A DNA stretch of 63,270 nt, counting the filler, from Licmophora abbreviata (taxonomy: Eukaryota), in NCBI GenBank assembly GCA_900291995.1. It is 14 parts of 14 records of this genome, joined end to end, with 100 filler letters (N's around TTAATTAATTAA, not from the genome) between each part and the next. Parts side by side here need not be neighbours in the genome. Positions count along the whole stretch, not along the records: positions 1 to 3,456 come from OLMU01001026.1; positions 3,557 to 7,078 come from OLMU01001027.1; positions 7,179 to 10,218 come from OLMU01001028.1; positions 10,319 to 15,253 come from OLMU01001031.1; 10 more parts are not named here. The stretch is one strand, 5' to 3'. The stretch's first letter is position 1. Each line of letters opens with the position of its first letter. Position numbers and translations under genes: made by a program. Positions 1 to 10,871 of the stretch are shown one piece after another. The notes beneath the pieces are model-generated. The model was not told the origin of the DNA and searched no databases. It was given only the letters and a program-made list of their open reading frames with translations.

Positions 1-821
1 CCAAATTCACCCGCGCAAAGCTGCGCTTTGGCCTGATCGCGGGCATGTTTGCGGGGGTCTTGCCTCAGGTGGCTTTGTTCTGGGTCTCAAACCACATTCC
101 CGGCGTGGCAATCTCGATCATGCTGGCGCTTGAATCGCTCTTTGTCTTTTCCATCGCCACCGCCCTGCGGATCGAAAAGCCAAGTGTGGTCCGACTGTTC
201 GGCCTAATGTTTGGTCTTTTGGCTGTCCTGATCGTCATGTTTGGCAAGGGTCAGGCAGAGGGTCTGGGGCCGTCGCTGTGGATGTTAGCGGCTCTCATCG
301 TCCCGCTCAGCTACGCGGTTGAGGGCATCTTGGTGGCCTCCATGCCCGAGGATCCTGCCACAACGCCCTTCGAGTTGCTGTTTTTCATGATGCTCGGCTC
401 TTCGTTTTGGGGATGGAGCGGAGCCAGCCTATCGGGCTCTGTCCTGAACCCGCTGACGGCAGCCCCCTCGACCTTGGCCCTGATCGCCACCATCGGGTCG
501 ATGTCCGCGATTGCAAACGGCTGTTACGTTCTGACGATCCGCAAAATGGGCGCGATCTTTGCCAGCCAATACGCTTATTTCGCCACGGTTCTCGGCGTCG
601 GGTGGAGTATTCTTTTGCTGAACGAACGGTTAACCGTATGGGTATTTGCCGCATTGGGGTGCGTGATCATCGGGATATTCCTTGTTCGGCCGAACGGTGC
701 TTTGCACACGGCGCGGCCGGTGGCGCTGGATCCTGACCCGCACCCGCCCGGGGCCCCAGGCGTCGTACCAGCCCGCGCCCGGCCAAGAGATGTGACCGGC
801 TGGATGGCCGAGGAACAATGA
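1..821 (+). CDS. DMT/EamA-family transporter, 5' end outside window
   Basis: Multiple hydrophobic helices; EamA-like segments (ALESLFVFSIA..LRIEK, FASQYAYFATVLGVGWSILLLNE); frame open upstream of the ORF-track start at 45. Confidence 0.8.
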   Translation, partial: KFTRAKLRFGLIAGMFAGVLPQVALFWVSNHIPGVAISIMLALESLFVFSIATALRIEKPSVVRLFGLMFGLLAVLIVMFGKGQAEGLGPSLWMLAALIVPLSYAVEGILVASMPEDPATTPFELLFFMMLGSSFWGWSGASLSGSVLNPLTAAPSTLALIATIGSMSAIANGCYVLTIRKMGAIFASQYAYFATVLGVGWSILLLNERLTVWVFAALGCVIIGIFLVRPNGALHTARPVALDPDPHPPGAPGVVPARARPRDVTGWMAEEQ

Positions 822-954
822 TCCTTTGCGTTTCCAGGTCCGAGGACCCCGGACCAAACGCCAGTTTTGCCGTGGCCCTTAGAAGCGGCTGCCAATTGCG
901 GATGACGTGGGTAAAATGGATCGCGCGATGTAATGGTATTGGGGGAGCGTTTGC

Positions 955-2727
955 ATGACGATTGGAGAGCAGGACGACCCCGCCGCGGAACAAGATCTGA
1001 TCCTCGACCGGATCTATGGAATCGCGCTGGAGCCGTCGTCGCTCGATGACTTCATCGAGCTTTGGCACGACAGGGACCTGGCCAGGGCGTTTGTTGACAA
1101 CAGCGGTGCGGCGACGGAACCCTTCGGCGCCCCCTACCGTCAGCATCTCGAGCGCGCGCAGGAGATTTTGCAGCGCGAGGAGGTGGCGCATCCGGACCTG
1201 ATGGAATTTCTGGAGCCCTATGAAAACCTCGCGGCCTTCGTCGTTGGCGGGTCGCTGCGGATCGCGGCCTGCAACCCAGGTGCACGGGCTGCGTTTTCCG
1301 CAAGGCCCGGATCTGGTCTGGACCAGCTGGTCCTTCCAGCTGAGCTGCGGCGCGCACTCAGCCGGACGACGCAGGAGGTCCTGCGCGGCACGGACTCCTA
1401 CGATAAGATCCTCAAGACCGACATGGCCAGCAAGGGCAGCACCATACTGTTTCGCATCACCCGTATCGCCAGGCTTGCCGAGGATAGCCCCAATGCGCTG
1501 ATTGTGTCCTCGCAGTTTCATTGGAGCAGCGAGATCGGCGCACTCTTGGCCGAGGTGTACCAGCTGACCGCGGCGGAACAGGACGTGGTTCGTTTTCTGG
1601 TCGAAGGTCAGGAAACCAAATCCATTGCCCAAGCTCGCGGCACCAGCGAAGGCACCGTGCGCAATCAGATCAAGTCCATCACCGGGAAGATGCATCTGCG
1701 CTCCCAGACCGATATCGTGCGTTTTGCCATGGCGCTGAGTGAGTTTCCCAAAGGCACGGTCGGAAAAAAAGAAACCGTCATTCTGGCCGCGCCCGCAACC
1801 TCGCGAGACTGGCTCGACGCGGAAGTCTGGAAACCGTTCAGGTCCCTCTCCCTGTCCGACGGGCGAACGTTGAGCTATCACGACATGGGACCCGTCACCG
1901 GCAACCCCGCGATCTTGACCCATACCGGGTCCTGCATGGTGCGCTGGCCGCGTTCGATGATCCACCTTGCTTTCGAGATGAATCTGCGCGTGATCTGTCC
2001 CATCCGGGCGGGCTACGGCAGCAGCGACGACCTTGAACTGACGATGCACCCGGTCGCGGCCGCCAGCACAGATACCGCGTTCCTGCTCAAGCATCTTGAT
2101 ATTCAGCGGCTTCCATATGTGGCGCAGGGCACCGATTTTCCTTTTGCAATCGATCTGGTTGCAAAGCGGCCCGATCTAGTCACCGAGGTGCTCGGTTTCG
2201 GCGCAAGACCCTGCCTGCCGGGGGGCTTGCAGGCGAATGGCGTGGGACGCTGGCAACGGTTCTTCGTGTCGACCGCGCGCGATGCACCCCATCTGGCGCA
2301 GTTTGCGTCGAGAGCCGTGATGGCGATGTCTAGGAAGATCGGACCCGAAGCCATGCTCCGCACGCTTTGCAAGCACTCTCCCGCCGATCTGGCCTTGCTC
2401 GACAACGAAGAGATGAAACAGGTTCTTGTGGCCAATATCAGCTTGATGTCCGGGAAATCGACTAATGCCGCCCGCGCCTTCGCCATGGAATACATCGCGT
2501 TCCAGGAGGACTGGACCGATCTCGTGCGCGCGACCCAGCAGATCCCGGTGCAGCTTTTTCTGGCCGAAGAGGATCCGACAATCGACCTTGGTGCGATCCC
2601 CACGTTTCAAAACGCCTACCCGTGGATCGGGTTTGAAGTGGTGAACGGTGCAGGCCTCGCCCTGACTTTTCAAAAGGCCGAAAAACTGATCCCGCTGATA
2701 GCCGAGGCCGCCAAGCGTGCCATATAG
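955..2727 (+). CDS. LuxR-type HTH regulator fused to a C-terminal alpha/beta-hydrolase-fold domain
   Basis: LuxR HTH (LTAAEQDVVRFLVEG..IAQARGTSEGTVRNQIKSITGK); hydrolase-like segments (DGRTLSYHDMGP, PIRAGYGSSD); GGGGAG RBS upstream. Confidence 0.8.
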   Translation: MTIGEQDDPAAEQDLILDRIYGIALEPSSLDDFIELWHDRDLARAFVDNSGAATEPFGAPYRQHLERAQEILQREEVAHPDLMEFLEPYENLAAFVVGGSLRIAACNPGARAAFSARPGSGLDQLVLPAELRRALSRTTQEVLRGTDSYDKILKTDMASKGSTILFRITRIARLAEDSPNALIVSSQFHWSSEIGALLAEVYQLTAAEQDVVRFLVEGQETKSIAQARGTSEGTVRNQIKSITGKMHLRSQTDIVRFAMALSEFPKGTVGKKETVILAAPATSRDWLDAEVWKPFRSLSLSDGRTLSYHDMGPVTGNPAILTHTGSCMVRWPRSMIHLAFEMNLRVICPIRAGYGSSDDLELTMHPVAAASTDTAFLLKHLDIQRLPYVAQGTDFPFAIDLVAKRPDLVTEVLGFGARPCLPGGLQANGVGRWQRFFVSTARDAPHLAQFASRAVMAMSRKIGPEAMLRTLCKHSPADLALLDNEEMKQVLVANISLMSGKSTNAARAFAMEYIAFQEDWTDLVRATQQIPVQLFLAEEDPTIDLGAIPTFQNAYPWIGFEVVNGAGLALTFQKAEKLIPLIAEAAKRAI

Positions 2728-2792
2728 ACTAGGCGCGATCACGCCGACACGCGGGTAGCCTCGTGTGGACCTTCGCCGAATTGCGCCGAAAC

Positions 2793-3456
2793 GGGACTGT
2801 TGCATTAATCGCAGGGTTCACCCAGTTTTCGAGCTTTGAAGTCGAGTATGCCGAGTATATCCCCGTTCAAGCACCATCGTTTTCCACGTGACGTCATCCT
2901 TTGCGCGGTACGGTGGTATCTGCGGTATCCACTATCTTATCAGGATGTTGTGCATCTGATGGCCGAACGGGGGATTATTGTTGATCCTTCAACCGTGTAA
3001 CGTTGGGTGATTAAATTTGGGCCCGAGATTGCCAAACGGACGGAAAAGCACCTGCGCCGCGCCAGCGTCGATTGGCACGTCGATGAGACCTACATCCGAG
3101 TTGGTGGAAAATGGCGTTAACTTTGGCGGGCTATTGATGCGAACGGCCAGATGGTGGACTTCCGCCTGACTGCCAGACGGGATGCGAAGGCGGCCAAAGC
3201 CTTTCTGAACAAAGCGATCGAGCGTGTCAGGCTACATCGACCGGTCACGATTGTCACGGACAAGGCCCACCCATATCGGCGAGTGATCCGCGAGATCAAT
3301 CACCACTATGATCCGCATTTGACAGCATCCGACACATCGACCGAAAGTGGCGGAACAATCTGATCGAGAGCGATCATGCAGCTATGAAGCGGCTACTCGG
3401 CTATCGTCAAAGCTTTCGGTCCCTGCGATCAGCCAAAGCAACCCTGAGCGGGCTCG
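2793..3456 (+). mobile_element. IS6-family insertion sequence, decayed, truncated at gap
   Basis: Left IR GGGACTGTTGCA at 2793 resembles IS26 GGCACTGTTGCA; IS6 transposase follows. Confidence 0.85.
2848..3456 (+). pseudogene. IS6-family DDE transposase pseudogene
   Basis: FKHHRFPRDVILCAVRWYLRYPLSY, WHVDETY, VTDK, NNLIESDH; in-frame TAA at 2998-3000 and 3118-3120; 1-nt frameshift near 3318-3320. Confidence 0.9.
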
Positions 3457-3556
3457 NNNNNNNNNNNNNNNNNNNNNNNNNNNNNNNNNNNNNNNNNNNN
3501 TTAATTAATTAANNNNNNNNNNNNNNNNNNNNNNNNNNNNNNNNNNNNNNNNNNNN
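3457..3556. other. Artificial scaffold linker. Identical linkers at 7079-7178, 10219-10318, 15254-15353, 18087-18186, 33465-33564, 37338-37437, 41094-41193, 45553-45652, 46726-46825, 52132-52231, 55476-55575, 62166-62265
   Basis: 44 N + TTAATTAATTAA (stops in all six frames) + 44 N. Confidence 0.99.
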
Positions 3557-4052
3557 CACAAAGCTGCTGCAGCTTGCCCGGCGGATCGCGGCGGATATCG
3601 GCGGAGTCGATCACCACGGGCGCAACGCCCGCTGCGGTTAGGGTTTCGTAAAGCTCTTGCTGTTGGATGAACCCGATATCGGCAAGAGAAGGATCATTGT
3701 ATTTGGCAGAGAAACTGGCGGCCACACGGGCAGGGTGGCGAATGAGAAACACGTTGGTCACGTCGGTGATCCAGTCGCGCGGAATGCCGGGGACCATGTG
3801 CTGGGACATATGCTTTTGGTAGAGATGCGACCGGCCATCCGGGATCGGGCCAAGCAGATGATCCACGACACGGGCGGGATCGGTGGGCTGGGAGGCGATG
3901 ATCGCATCGCGCATCGGATGATCGAGGCCGGTCAGCGTGAGATAGGCGGCATAGAACGGTTCGTCCATCACCGCAAAATCGCTGCGCGCGCCGAAAGCAT
4001 ACATCAGCGCAGTCGACAGGTTGCGGGGGCCGGACCACATGGCAAGACGCAT
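3557..4052 (-). CDS. Sulfotransferase-like P-loop protein, 3' end in gap
   Basis: MRLAMWSGPRNLSTALMYAF, DEPFYAAYL, YQKHM, NVFLIRHP; ATG at 4052. Confidence 0.75.
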
Positions 4053-4079
4053 CGGGAGAGTTCCTTGGGCCGGGGCCAA

Positions 4080-4988
4080 TCAGGCGGTTTCGCGGTGAAT
4101 CAGAGCCTTGTAGAGCTGTTGAATACGGGTTGTCACAGGGCCGGGGGGCGCATCGCCGATGGCACGCCCGTCGATTTCGGAAACCGGGGTCTGCGCGCCG
4201 AATGTGCCGGTGAGAAACGCCTCGTCGGCGCCATAAGTATCGACCAGCGAGAAGTTACGCTCGAACACGGGGATATCGTTGGCACGGCACAGATCGATCA
4301 CCTTTTGCCGGGTGATCCCGTTCATGCAGTAATCCCCGGTGCTGGTCCAGACCTGCCCCTTGCGCACGATGAAGAAGTTGCAGGCGTTGGTGGTGTTCAC
4401 GAAGCCATGAATATCGAGCATCAGCGCCTCGTCGGCGCCGGCCTTTTCGGCAGCGATGCAGGCGAGGATGCAATTGAGCTTGGAATGCGAGTTCAGCTTG
4501 GGGTCCTGGGTCATGGGCAGGCCGCGAATATGCGGCACGGTCGCCAGACGGATGGGGCGGGCGATCTTGGGGCGCGAATGCTCCATGATGATGGCGATGG
4601 TCGGACCCTGACGGCTGAGCGAGGGGTGTTGGAAGGGGCGGGTTTTCACGCCGCGCGTCACCATCAGGCGCGCATGGGCGTCAGAGTGCATGTCATTGGC
4701 CTTTTGTGTGTCTAACACGGCCTGAAACACCTGTTCCCGGGTCATGCCGATATCGAGATCAATGGCTTTGGCGGCCTCGAACAGGCGGTCGAGATGTTCA
4801 TCGGCAAAAGCCCATGTGCCGTTATAAAGGCGCAGACCCTCCCAGACGCCGTCACCCAGCATGAAGCCGCTGTCATAGACACTGACGGTGGCGGCCTGTT
4901 TCGGGACGATGCGCCCGTTGAGCCAGATGAGAATATCCTCGTTGCGGGCGTCTTCTTCGGCTTGGTGCGTGGTCTGGTGATCGGTCAT
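4080..4988 (-). CDS. Class IV PLP aminotransferase (branched-chain/D-amino acid type)
   Basis: VSVYDSGFMLGDGVWEGLR, HLDRL, KLNSHSKLN, GADEALML, GITRQ, ADEAFLTGT; ATG at 4988 preferred to the longer ORF. Confidence 0.9.
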   Translation of the reverse strand: MTDHQTTHQAEEDARNEDILIWLNGRIVPKQAATVSVYDSGFMLGDGVWEGLRLYNGTWAFADEHLDRLFEAAKAIDLDIGMTREQVFQAVLDTQKANDMHSDAHARLMVTRGVKTRPFQHPSLSRQGPTIAIIMEHSRPKIARPIRLATVPHIRGLPMTQDPKLNSHSKLNCILACIAAEKAGADEALMLDIHGFVNTTNACNFFIVRKGQVWTSTGDYCMNGITRQKVIDLCRANDIPVFERNFSLVDTYGADEAFLTGTFGAQTPVSEIDGRAIGDAPPGPVTTRIQQLYKALIHRETA

Positions 4989-5169
4989 GGGGGCCTTTTG
5001 AGTGTTACAGCCGAACAGCGGCTTTTGTTTCAAGGGCAGGCTAAAGAGGCGGAAAAATGGTTCAAGCCGTAAATTCGGATCAACTGGATGTGACATCACG
5101 CGGGGGTGAATTGGCCGTGTGCGGGGTGATGGGCCAAGGTGGGCCTGTTCAAACGAGGAGGGTATCCCG

Positions 5170-5832
5170 ATGGGGTTACATCGCAGAACCATGAAAGCCG
5201 GAGCGCTGGCGATCCTGATCGCGGTTGGCATCGGTGTCGAGGTCAATCAGGCCAAGGCGGCCGGGACCGAGACACTGACCGTCGCGGGCGGCTGTTTCTG
5301 GTGTGTCGAGGCCGATTTCGAGAAGGTCGAGGGCGTGCACGAGGTGGTGTCGGGTTATACCGGCGGCACAGAGGAGAACCCCACCTACAAACAAGTCGTG
5401 GGTGGTGGCACCGGCCATTGCGAGGCGGTCGAGATCATGTACGATCCGGCGAAAGTGTCGGCGCGGGAGCTCTATGACCTGTTTTTCCGCTCCGTCGATC
5501 CGACCGATGCGGGCGGTCAGTTCTGCGATCGGGGAGACAGCTATCGCACGGCGATTTTCGTCTCTGATCCGGCGGAAAAGGCGGCTGCGACCGCAGCGAA
5601 GGCCGAGGCCGAAAAGGCGCTTGGGCAGCAGATTGTAACCCCGGTCCTGGAGGCCGGGCCGTTTTACGAGGCCGAGGCGTATCACCAGGATTACTACAAG
5701 GGTGACAAGCTGATCCTGACGCGGTTCGGACCGAAATCACAGGCTGCGGCCTATGAACGGTATCGCACGGCCTGCGGACGGGACGCCCGGGTGAAGGCGT
5801 TGTGGGGGCAGGCCGCGCCGTTTGTAAACTGA
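5170..5832 (+). CDS. msrA: Peptide methionine sulfoxide reductase A, probably exported (signal peptide)
   Basis: GGCFWC, SGYTGG, GQFCDRGDSYR, AEAYHQDYY; GAGGAG RBS; N-terminal signal ending AKA. Confidence 0.92.
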   Translation: MGLHRRTMKAGALAILIAVGIGVEVNQAKAAGTETLTVAGGCFWCVEADFEKVEGVHEVVSGYTGGTEENPTYKQVVGGGTGHCEAVEIMYDPAKVSARELYDLFFRSVDPTDAGGQFCDRGDSYRTAIFVSDPAEKAAATAAKAEAEKALGQQIVTPVLEAGPFYEAEAYHQDYYKGDKLILTRFGPKSQAAAYERYRTACGRDARVKALWGQAAPFVN

Positions 5833-5839
5833 ACCGCGG

Positions 5840-8207
5840 CTACCCCACCTTGCAGGCCGACAGAACCGCCATGTTGAGGATGTCGCTGGCGGTGGCGTTG
5901 GTCGAACAAATCTGAATCGATTTGTCGAGACCGGCGAGGATCGGACCGATCACCGTGGCGCCGGCCATTTCCTGCATCAGCTTGACCGAAATCGAGGCCG
6001 AATGCCGGGCCGGGACCACGAGGATATTGGCCGGTCCGGTCAGGCGCTGGAAGGGGTACGCCTCTTGCGCGCGGGGGTTCAGGGCGACATCGACGGTCAT
6101 TTCGCCTTCGTATTCGAAATCCACGCCGCGACGGGCCAGCACATCGGGAGCAAGGTGCATTTTCTCGGCCCGTTCCGAGCGCGGATAACCAAAGGTCGAG
6201 AAGCTGACGAAGGCGACGCGCGGCTCGAGCCCCAGATGGCGGGCGACGCCGGCGGCACGGGTGGCGATGTTGGCGAGATCCTCTTCGTTGGGCCATTCAT
6301 GCACCAACGTGTCCGAGATCAGCACGATGCGCCCTTTGTGCAGAAGCGCCGTGACACCGGCGACGCCATGCGCGGTATCGGCGTCGAACACATGGTTGAT
6401 GCGTTCGAGCACATGGGCGGATTTGCGGGTGGCGCCGGTCACCAGACCGTCGCCATGGCCATGCGCCAGCATCAGCGCCGAGAATACGTGACGATCCCGG
6501 GCGGCCATGCGGTGAATGTCCTGCCGGTCATGGCCCTTGCGCTGCAGGCGGGTGTAGAGAAACTCTTTGTATTCATCGAGACGGTCGCTTTTGGCGGCGT
6601 TGGTAACCTCGATCTCGCGGACGGCATCGCCGAGGCCAGCGGCCTCGAGCTTGGCTTTCACATCGTCATCGCGGCCCACGACGATCGCCTTACCAAGACC
6701 CGAGCGCTGATATTGCACGGCGGCGCGCAGCACGCGGGGATCGTCGCCTTCGGCAAAGATCATGCGGGCCTGGGCGTTGCGGGCACGGGCGTTGATCGAG
6801 CGCAGGATCGAGGCGGTGGGGTCCATGCGGGCGGCAAGCGATTGCTCATAGGCGTCCATGTCGACGATGGGACGGCGGGCCGCACCGGTGCGCATGCAGG
6901 CCTTGGCCACGGCAGGCGGCACGGTGTGGATGAGGCGCGGATCGAAGGGGGTGGGGATGATGTAATCGCGCCCGAAGGTGAGCTTGCGGCCATAGGCCAT
7001 GGCGACCTCGTCTGGGACATCGGCGCGCGCCAGTTCGGCCAGAGCTTCGGCGCAGGCGATCTTCATCTCGTCGTTGATNNNNNNNNNNNNNNNNNNNNNN
7101 NNNNNNNNNNNNNNNNNNNNNNTTAATTAATTAANNNNNNNNNNNNNNNNNNNNNNNNNNNNNNNNNNNNNNNNNNNNCTCGTCGTTGATGGCGCGGGCA
7201 TGCACATCAAGCGCGCCACGGAAGAGATAGGGGAAGCCAAGCACGTTGTTGACCTGATTGGGATAATCCGAGCGGCCGGTAGCGACGATGGCATCGACGC
7301 GGACCTCATGCGCCTCTTCGGGGGTGATTTCGGGATCGGGGTTGGCCATGGCGAAGATCACCGGGTTGTCGGCCATCGAGGCGACCATGTCCTGGGTCAC
7401 GGCGCCCTTCACCGACACGCCGATGAAGACGTCGGCGCCTTTCATGGCCTCTTCGAGGGTGCGCAGATCGGTTTTGACGGCATGGGCCGATTTCCACTGG
7501 TTCATGCCGTCGGTGCGGCCCTGATAGATCACGCCCTTGGTGTCGCAGGCGATGCAGTTTTCGGGGCGCGCGCCCATGGATTTCAGCAATTCGATACAGG
7601 CGATGCCCGCAGCGCCGGCGCCGTTCAGCACGATGCGGCACTCTTCGAGCTTCTTGCCCGAAATATGCAAAGCGTTGATGAGACCGGCGGCACAGATCAC
7701 GGCGGTGCCGTGCTGATCGTCATGAAAGACGGGGATGTCCATCTGTTCCTTGAGCGTCTGCTCGATGATGAAACATTCCGGCGCCTTGATATCTTCGAGA
7801 TTGATGCCCCCGAAGGTCGGCCCCATGAGGCGCACGGCCTTGATGAATTCCTCGGGGTCTTCGGTATCAAGCTCGATGTCGATGGAGTTCACATCGGCGA
7901 AGCGCTTGAAGAGCACGGCCTTGCCCTCCATCACCGGTTTGGAGCCCAGCGCACCGAGATTGCCAAGGCCCAGAACCGCCGTGCCGTTGGAGATCACCGC
8001 CACCAGATTGCCCTTGTTGGTGTAATCATAGGCGAGTTCCGGGTTGGCGGCGATTTCCTCGCAGGGGACCGCCACGCCGGGGGAATAGGCCAGCGACAGA
8101 TCCCGCTGAGTGGTCATCGGCACGGTGGCCTGAATCTCGAACTTGCCGGGGGTGGGTTCGAGATGAAAGGCAAGCGCCTCTTCGCGGGTGTATCTGGGTC
8201 TGGACAT
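5840..8207 (-). CDS. maeB: NAD(P)-dependent malic enzyme with phosphotransacetylase-like domain, interrupted by linker
   Basis: [51 protein letters not shown]; 12-nt overlap CTCGTCGTTGAT on both sides of the gap rejoins AINDE-MKIA. Confidence 0.93.
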
Positions 8208-8344
8208 GGTACGGCCTTGCACTGTTTGAGTGATTTGCATTGTCATAGCGGGGGTTTGCCACGGTCTCAACTGCAACTCGTTTTCGGGTTTCCGGCGGCG
8301 TGCGGGCTTTGTAAGGTTCGGGCCAACCAAGCCGGGGGGCGCAC

Positions 8345-10218
8345 GTGACGACCGAGACATCCGCCGTAACGCCGATGATGGCGCAATACCTTGAGATCAA
8401 GGCAGAATATCCGGGGGCGCTTCTGTTCTACCGGATGGGCGATTTCTATGAGTTGTTCTTTGACGATGCGGTGGCCGCCGCAGAGGCGTTGGATATCGCG
8501 CTGACCAAGCGCGGCAAGCATCTGGGCGAAGATATCGCCATGTGCGGGGTGCCGGTGCATGCGGCCGAGAATTACCTGCTGACGCTGATCCGCAAGGGGT
8601 TTCGGGTGGCGGTTTGCGAGCAGCTTGAAAGCCCGGAGGAAGCCAAGAAACGCGGCTCGAAATCGGTGGTCAAACGCGGGGTCGTGCGGCTTGTGACGCC
8701 CGGTACCCTGACGGAAGAAAGCCTGCTTGAGGCGAGACGGCACAATTACCTTGCGAGTTTCGCGCGGGTGCGCGGCGACGGCGCGCTGGCCTGGGTGGAT
8801 ATTTCGACGGGAAGCTTCCATGTGATGCCGCTGACCGAGGTGCGGCTTGGCCCGGAGCTTGCGCGGCTGGCCCCGTCAGAGGTGGTTCTGGCGGATGGCG
8901 ATCAGGCAGATTTGGGTGACATAGTGACTGAATCCGGGGCTGCCGTGACCGAGTTGGGGCGCGCGGCCTTTGACAGTGCGGGCGGCGAAAAGCGGCTTTG
9001 CGATCTGTTCGATGTCGGCACGCTTGAGGCTTATGGGCAGTTCACGCGGCCCGAGGTGGCGGCGATGGGCGCGATCGTCGAATATCTGGAGATCACCCAG
9101 CGCGGCAAGCTGCCCTTGTTGCGGCCGCCGCAGCGCGAGGCGCAAGCGCGGGTCATGCAGATCGACGCGGCGACGCGGCGCAATCTGGAAATCACCCAAG
9201 CGCTTGGTGGCGGGCGGGCCGGATCGCTGTTGTCGGCGGTGGACCGGACCGTGACCGCAGGCGGAGGGCGGTTGTTGGAGCGGCGGCTGTCCAGCCCAAG
9301 CCGGGTGATGGAGGTTGTACAAGACCGGCTGGACGCCGTGGCTTTTGCGGTGGAACAGGGTCGATTCAGTCAGGATCTGCGCGCGGCTTTGCGCAAGGTG
9401 CCCGATCTGGACCGGGCGCTGTCACGGCTGGCGCTGGATCGAGGCGGGCCGCGCGACCTTGCCGCGATCCGCAACGGGCTGGAACAGGCCGGCGCTATTG
9501 CCGATATGGCCGAGGGCCACGATCTGCCGGGGTTGATGGCCGAGGCGGTGACGGCGCTCAGCGGGCATGAGAGCGTCCTGGACCTGCTGGAGCAGGCTTT
9601 GGTGGCGGAACCCCCGATGCTGGTGCGGGATGGAGGGTTCATCGCGCCGGGTTTCGATGAGGAGCTGGACGAGGCACGGCAGCTGCGCGACGAGGGGCGC
9701 GGCGTGATTGCGGGGATGCAGGCGGAATATTCGCAATTGACGGGGATTCAGAGCCTGAAGATCAAGCATAACAACGTGCTGGGCTATTTCGTCGAGGTGA
9801 CGAGCGTTCATGCGGACAAGATGCTGTCGGCGCCGCTGAACGAGACGTTCAAGCACCGGCAGACCACGGCCAATCAGGTGCGGTTCACAACTGTGCCGCT
9901 GAGCGAGATGGAAACCCGTATCCTGAATGCGGGGGGTCGGGCGCTTGAGATTGAAAAGCGGCTCTATGACAGCTTGAAAGCGGCCATTCTTGAGGCATCC
10001 GATGCGGTGTCACAGGCCGCGAGCGCGTTGGCGGAGCTGGATCTGGCCACCGCGCTGGCCGATCTGGCGCGTGGTGAGGATTGGACGCGACCCAAGGTGG
10101 ATGCCAGCCGGGCGCTGGAGATCGAGGCCGGACGGCATCCGGTGGTGGAACAGGCGCTGCGCAAGGCCGGAGAGCCGTTCATCGCCAATGATTGCGATCT
10201 GGGGACTGCGCATGACAT
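8345..10218 (+). CDS. mutS: DNA mismatch repair protein MutS, 3' part in gap
   Basis: [46 protein letters not shown]. Confidence 0.97.
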
Positions 10219-10318
10219 NNNNNNNNNNNNNNNNNNNNNNNNNNNNNNNNNNNNNNNNNNNNTTAATTAATTAANNNNNNNNNNNNNNNNNNNNNNNNNN
10301 NNNNNNNNNNNNNNNNNN

Positions 10319-10747
10319 CTTGATCGGCGCTTCGCGCTTGGGCGCCAGGACGAGAGAGGCGCCATGGGTGACGCCCGACAGGGCGGATCCGATCCTGTCG
10401 AGAATACCCGACACGTCCTTGGAATTGCTTCCAAGGGTGGCGTCGATCATCTCGCGGTCGGTGCTTTGCAGGTCGCCCACCTCGAGCAGACCATCGACGA
10501 ACATGCGCAAACCGGTCTGTGTAGGGACGCGACCGGCGCTGATATGCGGGCTTTCAAGCAGGCCGAGATATTCGAGATCCTGCATCACGTTGCGGATTGT
10601 TGCCGCGCTGACCTTTTCGCTGAAATCACGGGTCAGAGTGCGCGAACCGACGGGCGCGCCCGATAACAGATAGCTTTCCACGACCCGGCGAAACACCTCG
10701 CGGGAGCGTTCATTCATCTCTTCCAGAATTTTGCCTTGGTCATTCAT
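10319..10747 (-). CDS. hrcA: Heat-inducible repressor HrcA, 3' part in gap
   Basis: PVGSRTL, SAATIRNVMQDLE, PHISAGRVPT. Confidence 0.95.
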
Positions 10748-10871
10748 GATGGTCAGGCCGTTTTGGGGTATGGCGCGCCATTAAAGACGGCTGGTGGAAA
10801 AGGTCAATCGGGGTTGCTATCTGCGTGACGCGGACTGTATCCACGGGACGAATTGGTAAAAGGATGACGAC

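Noticed and set aside
667..2094. Long antisense ORFs (also 6002-7126, 31834-33198, 37459-38748, 50019-51557, 56377-57924)
   Set aside because: Shadow frames of real genes in high-GC DNA with no family motifs.
3501..3512. Recurrent TTAATTAATTAA palindrome (13 copies) as repeat, CRISPR or CtrA site
   Set aside because: Always centred in 44 N + 44 N; an artificial six-frame-stop linker.
5840..8207. Gap-interrupted genes (maeB, mutS, hrcA, mnmG, hslU, addA, addB, regB, gpsA) as pseudogenes
   Set aside because: Interruptions coincide exactly with assembly linkers.
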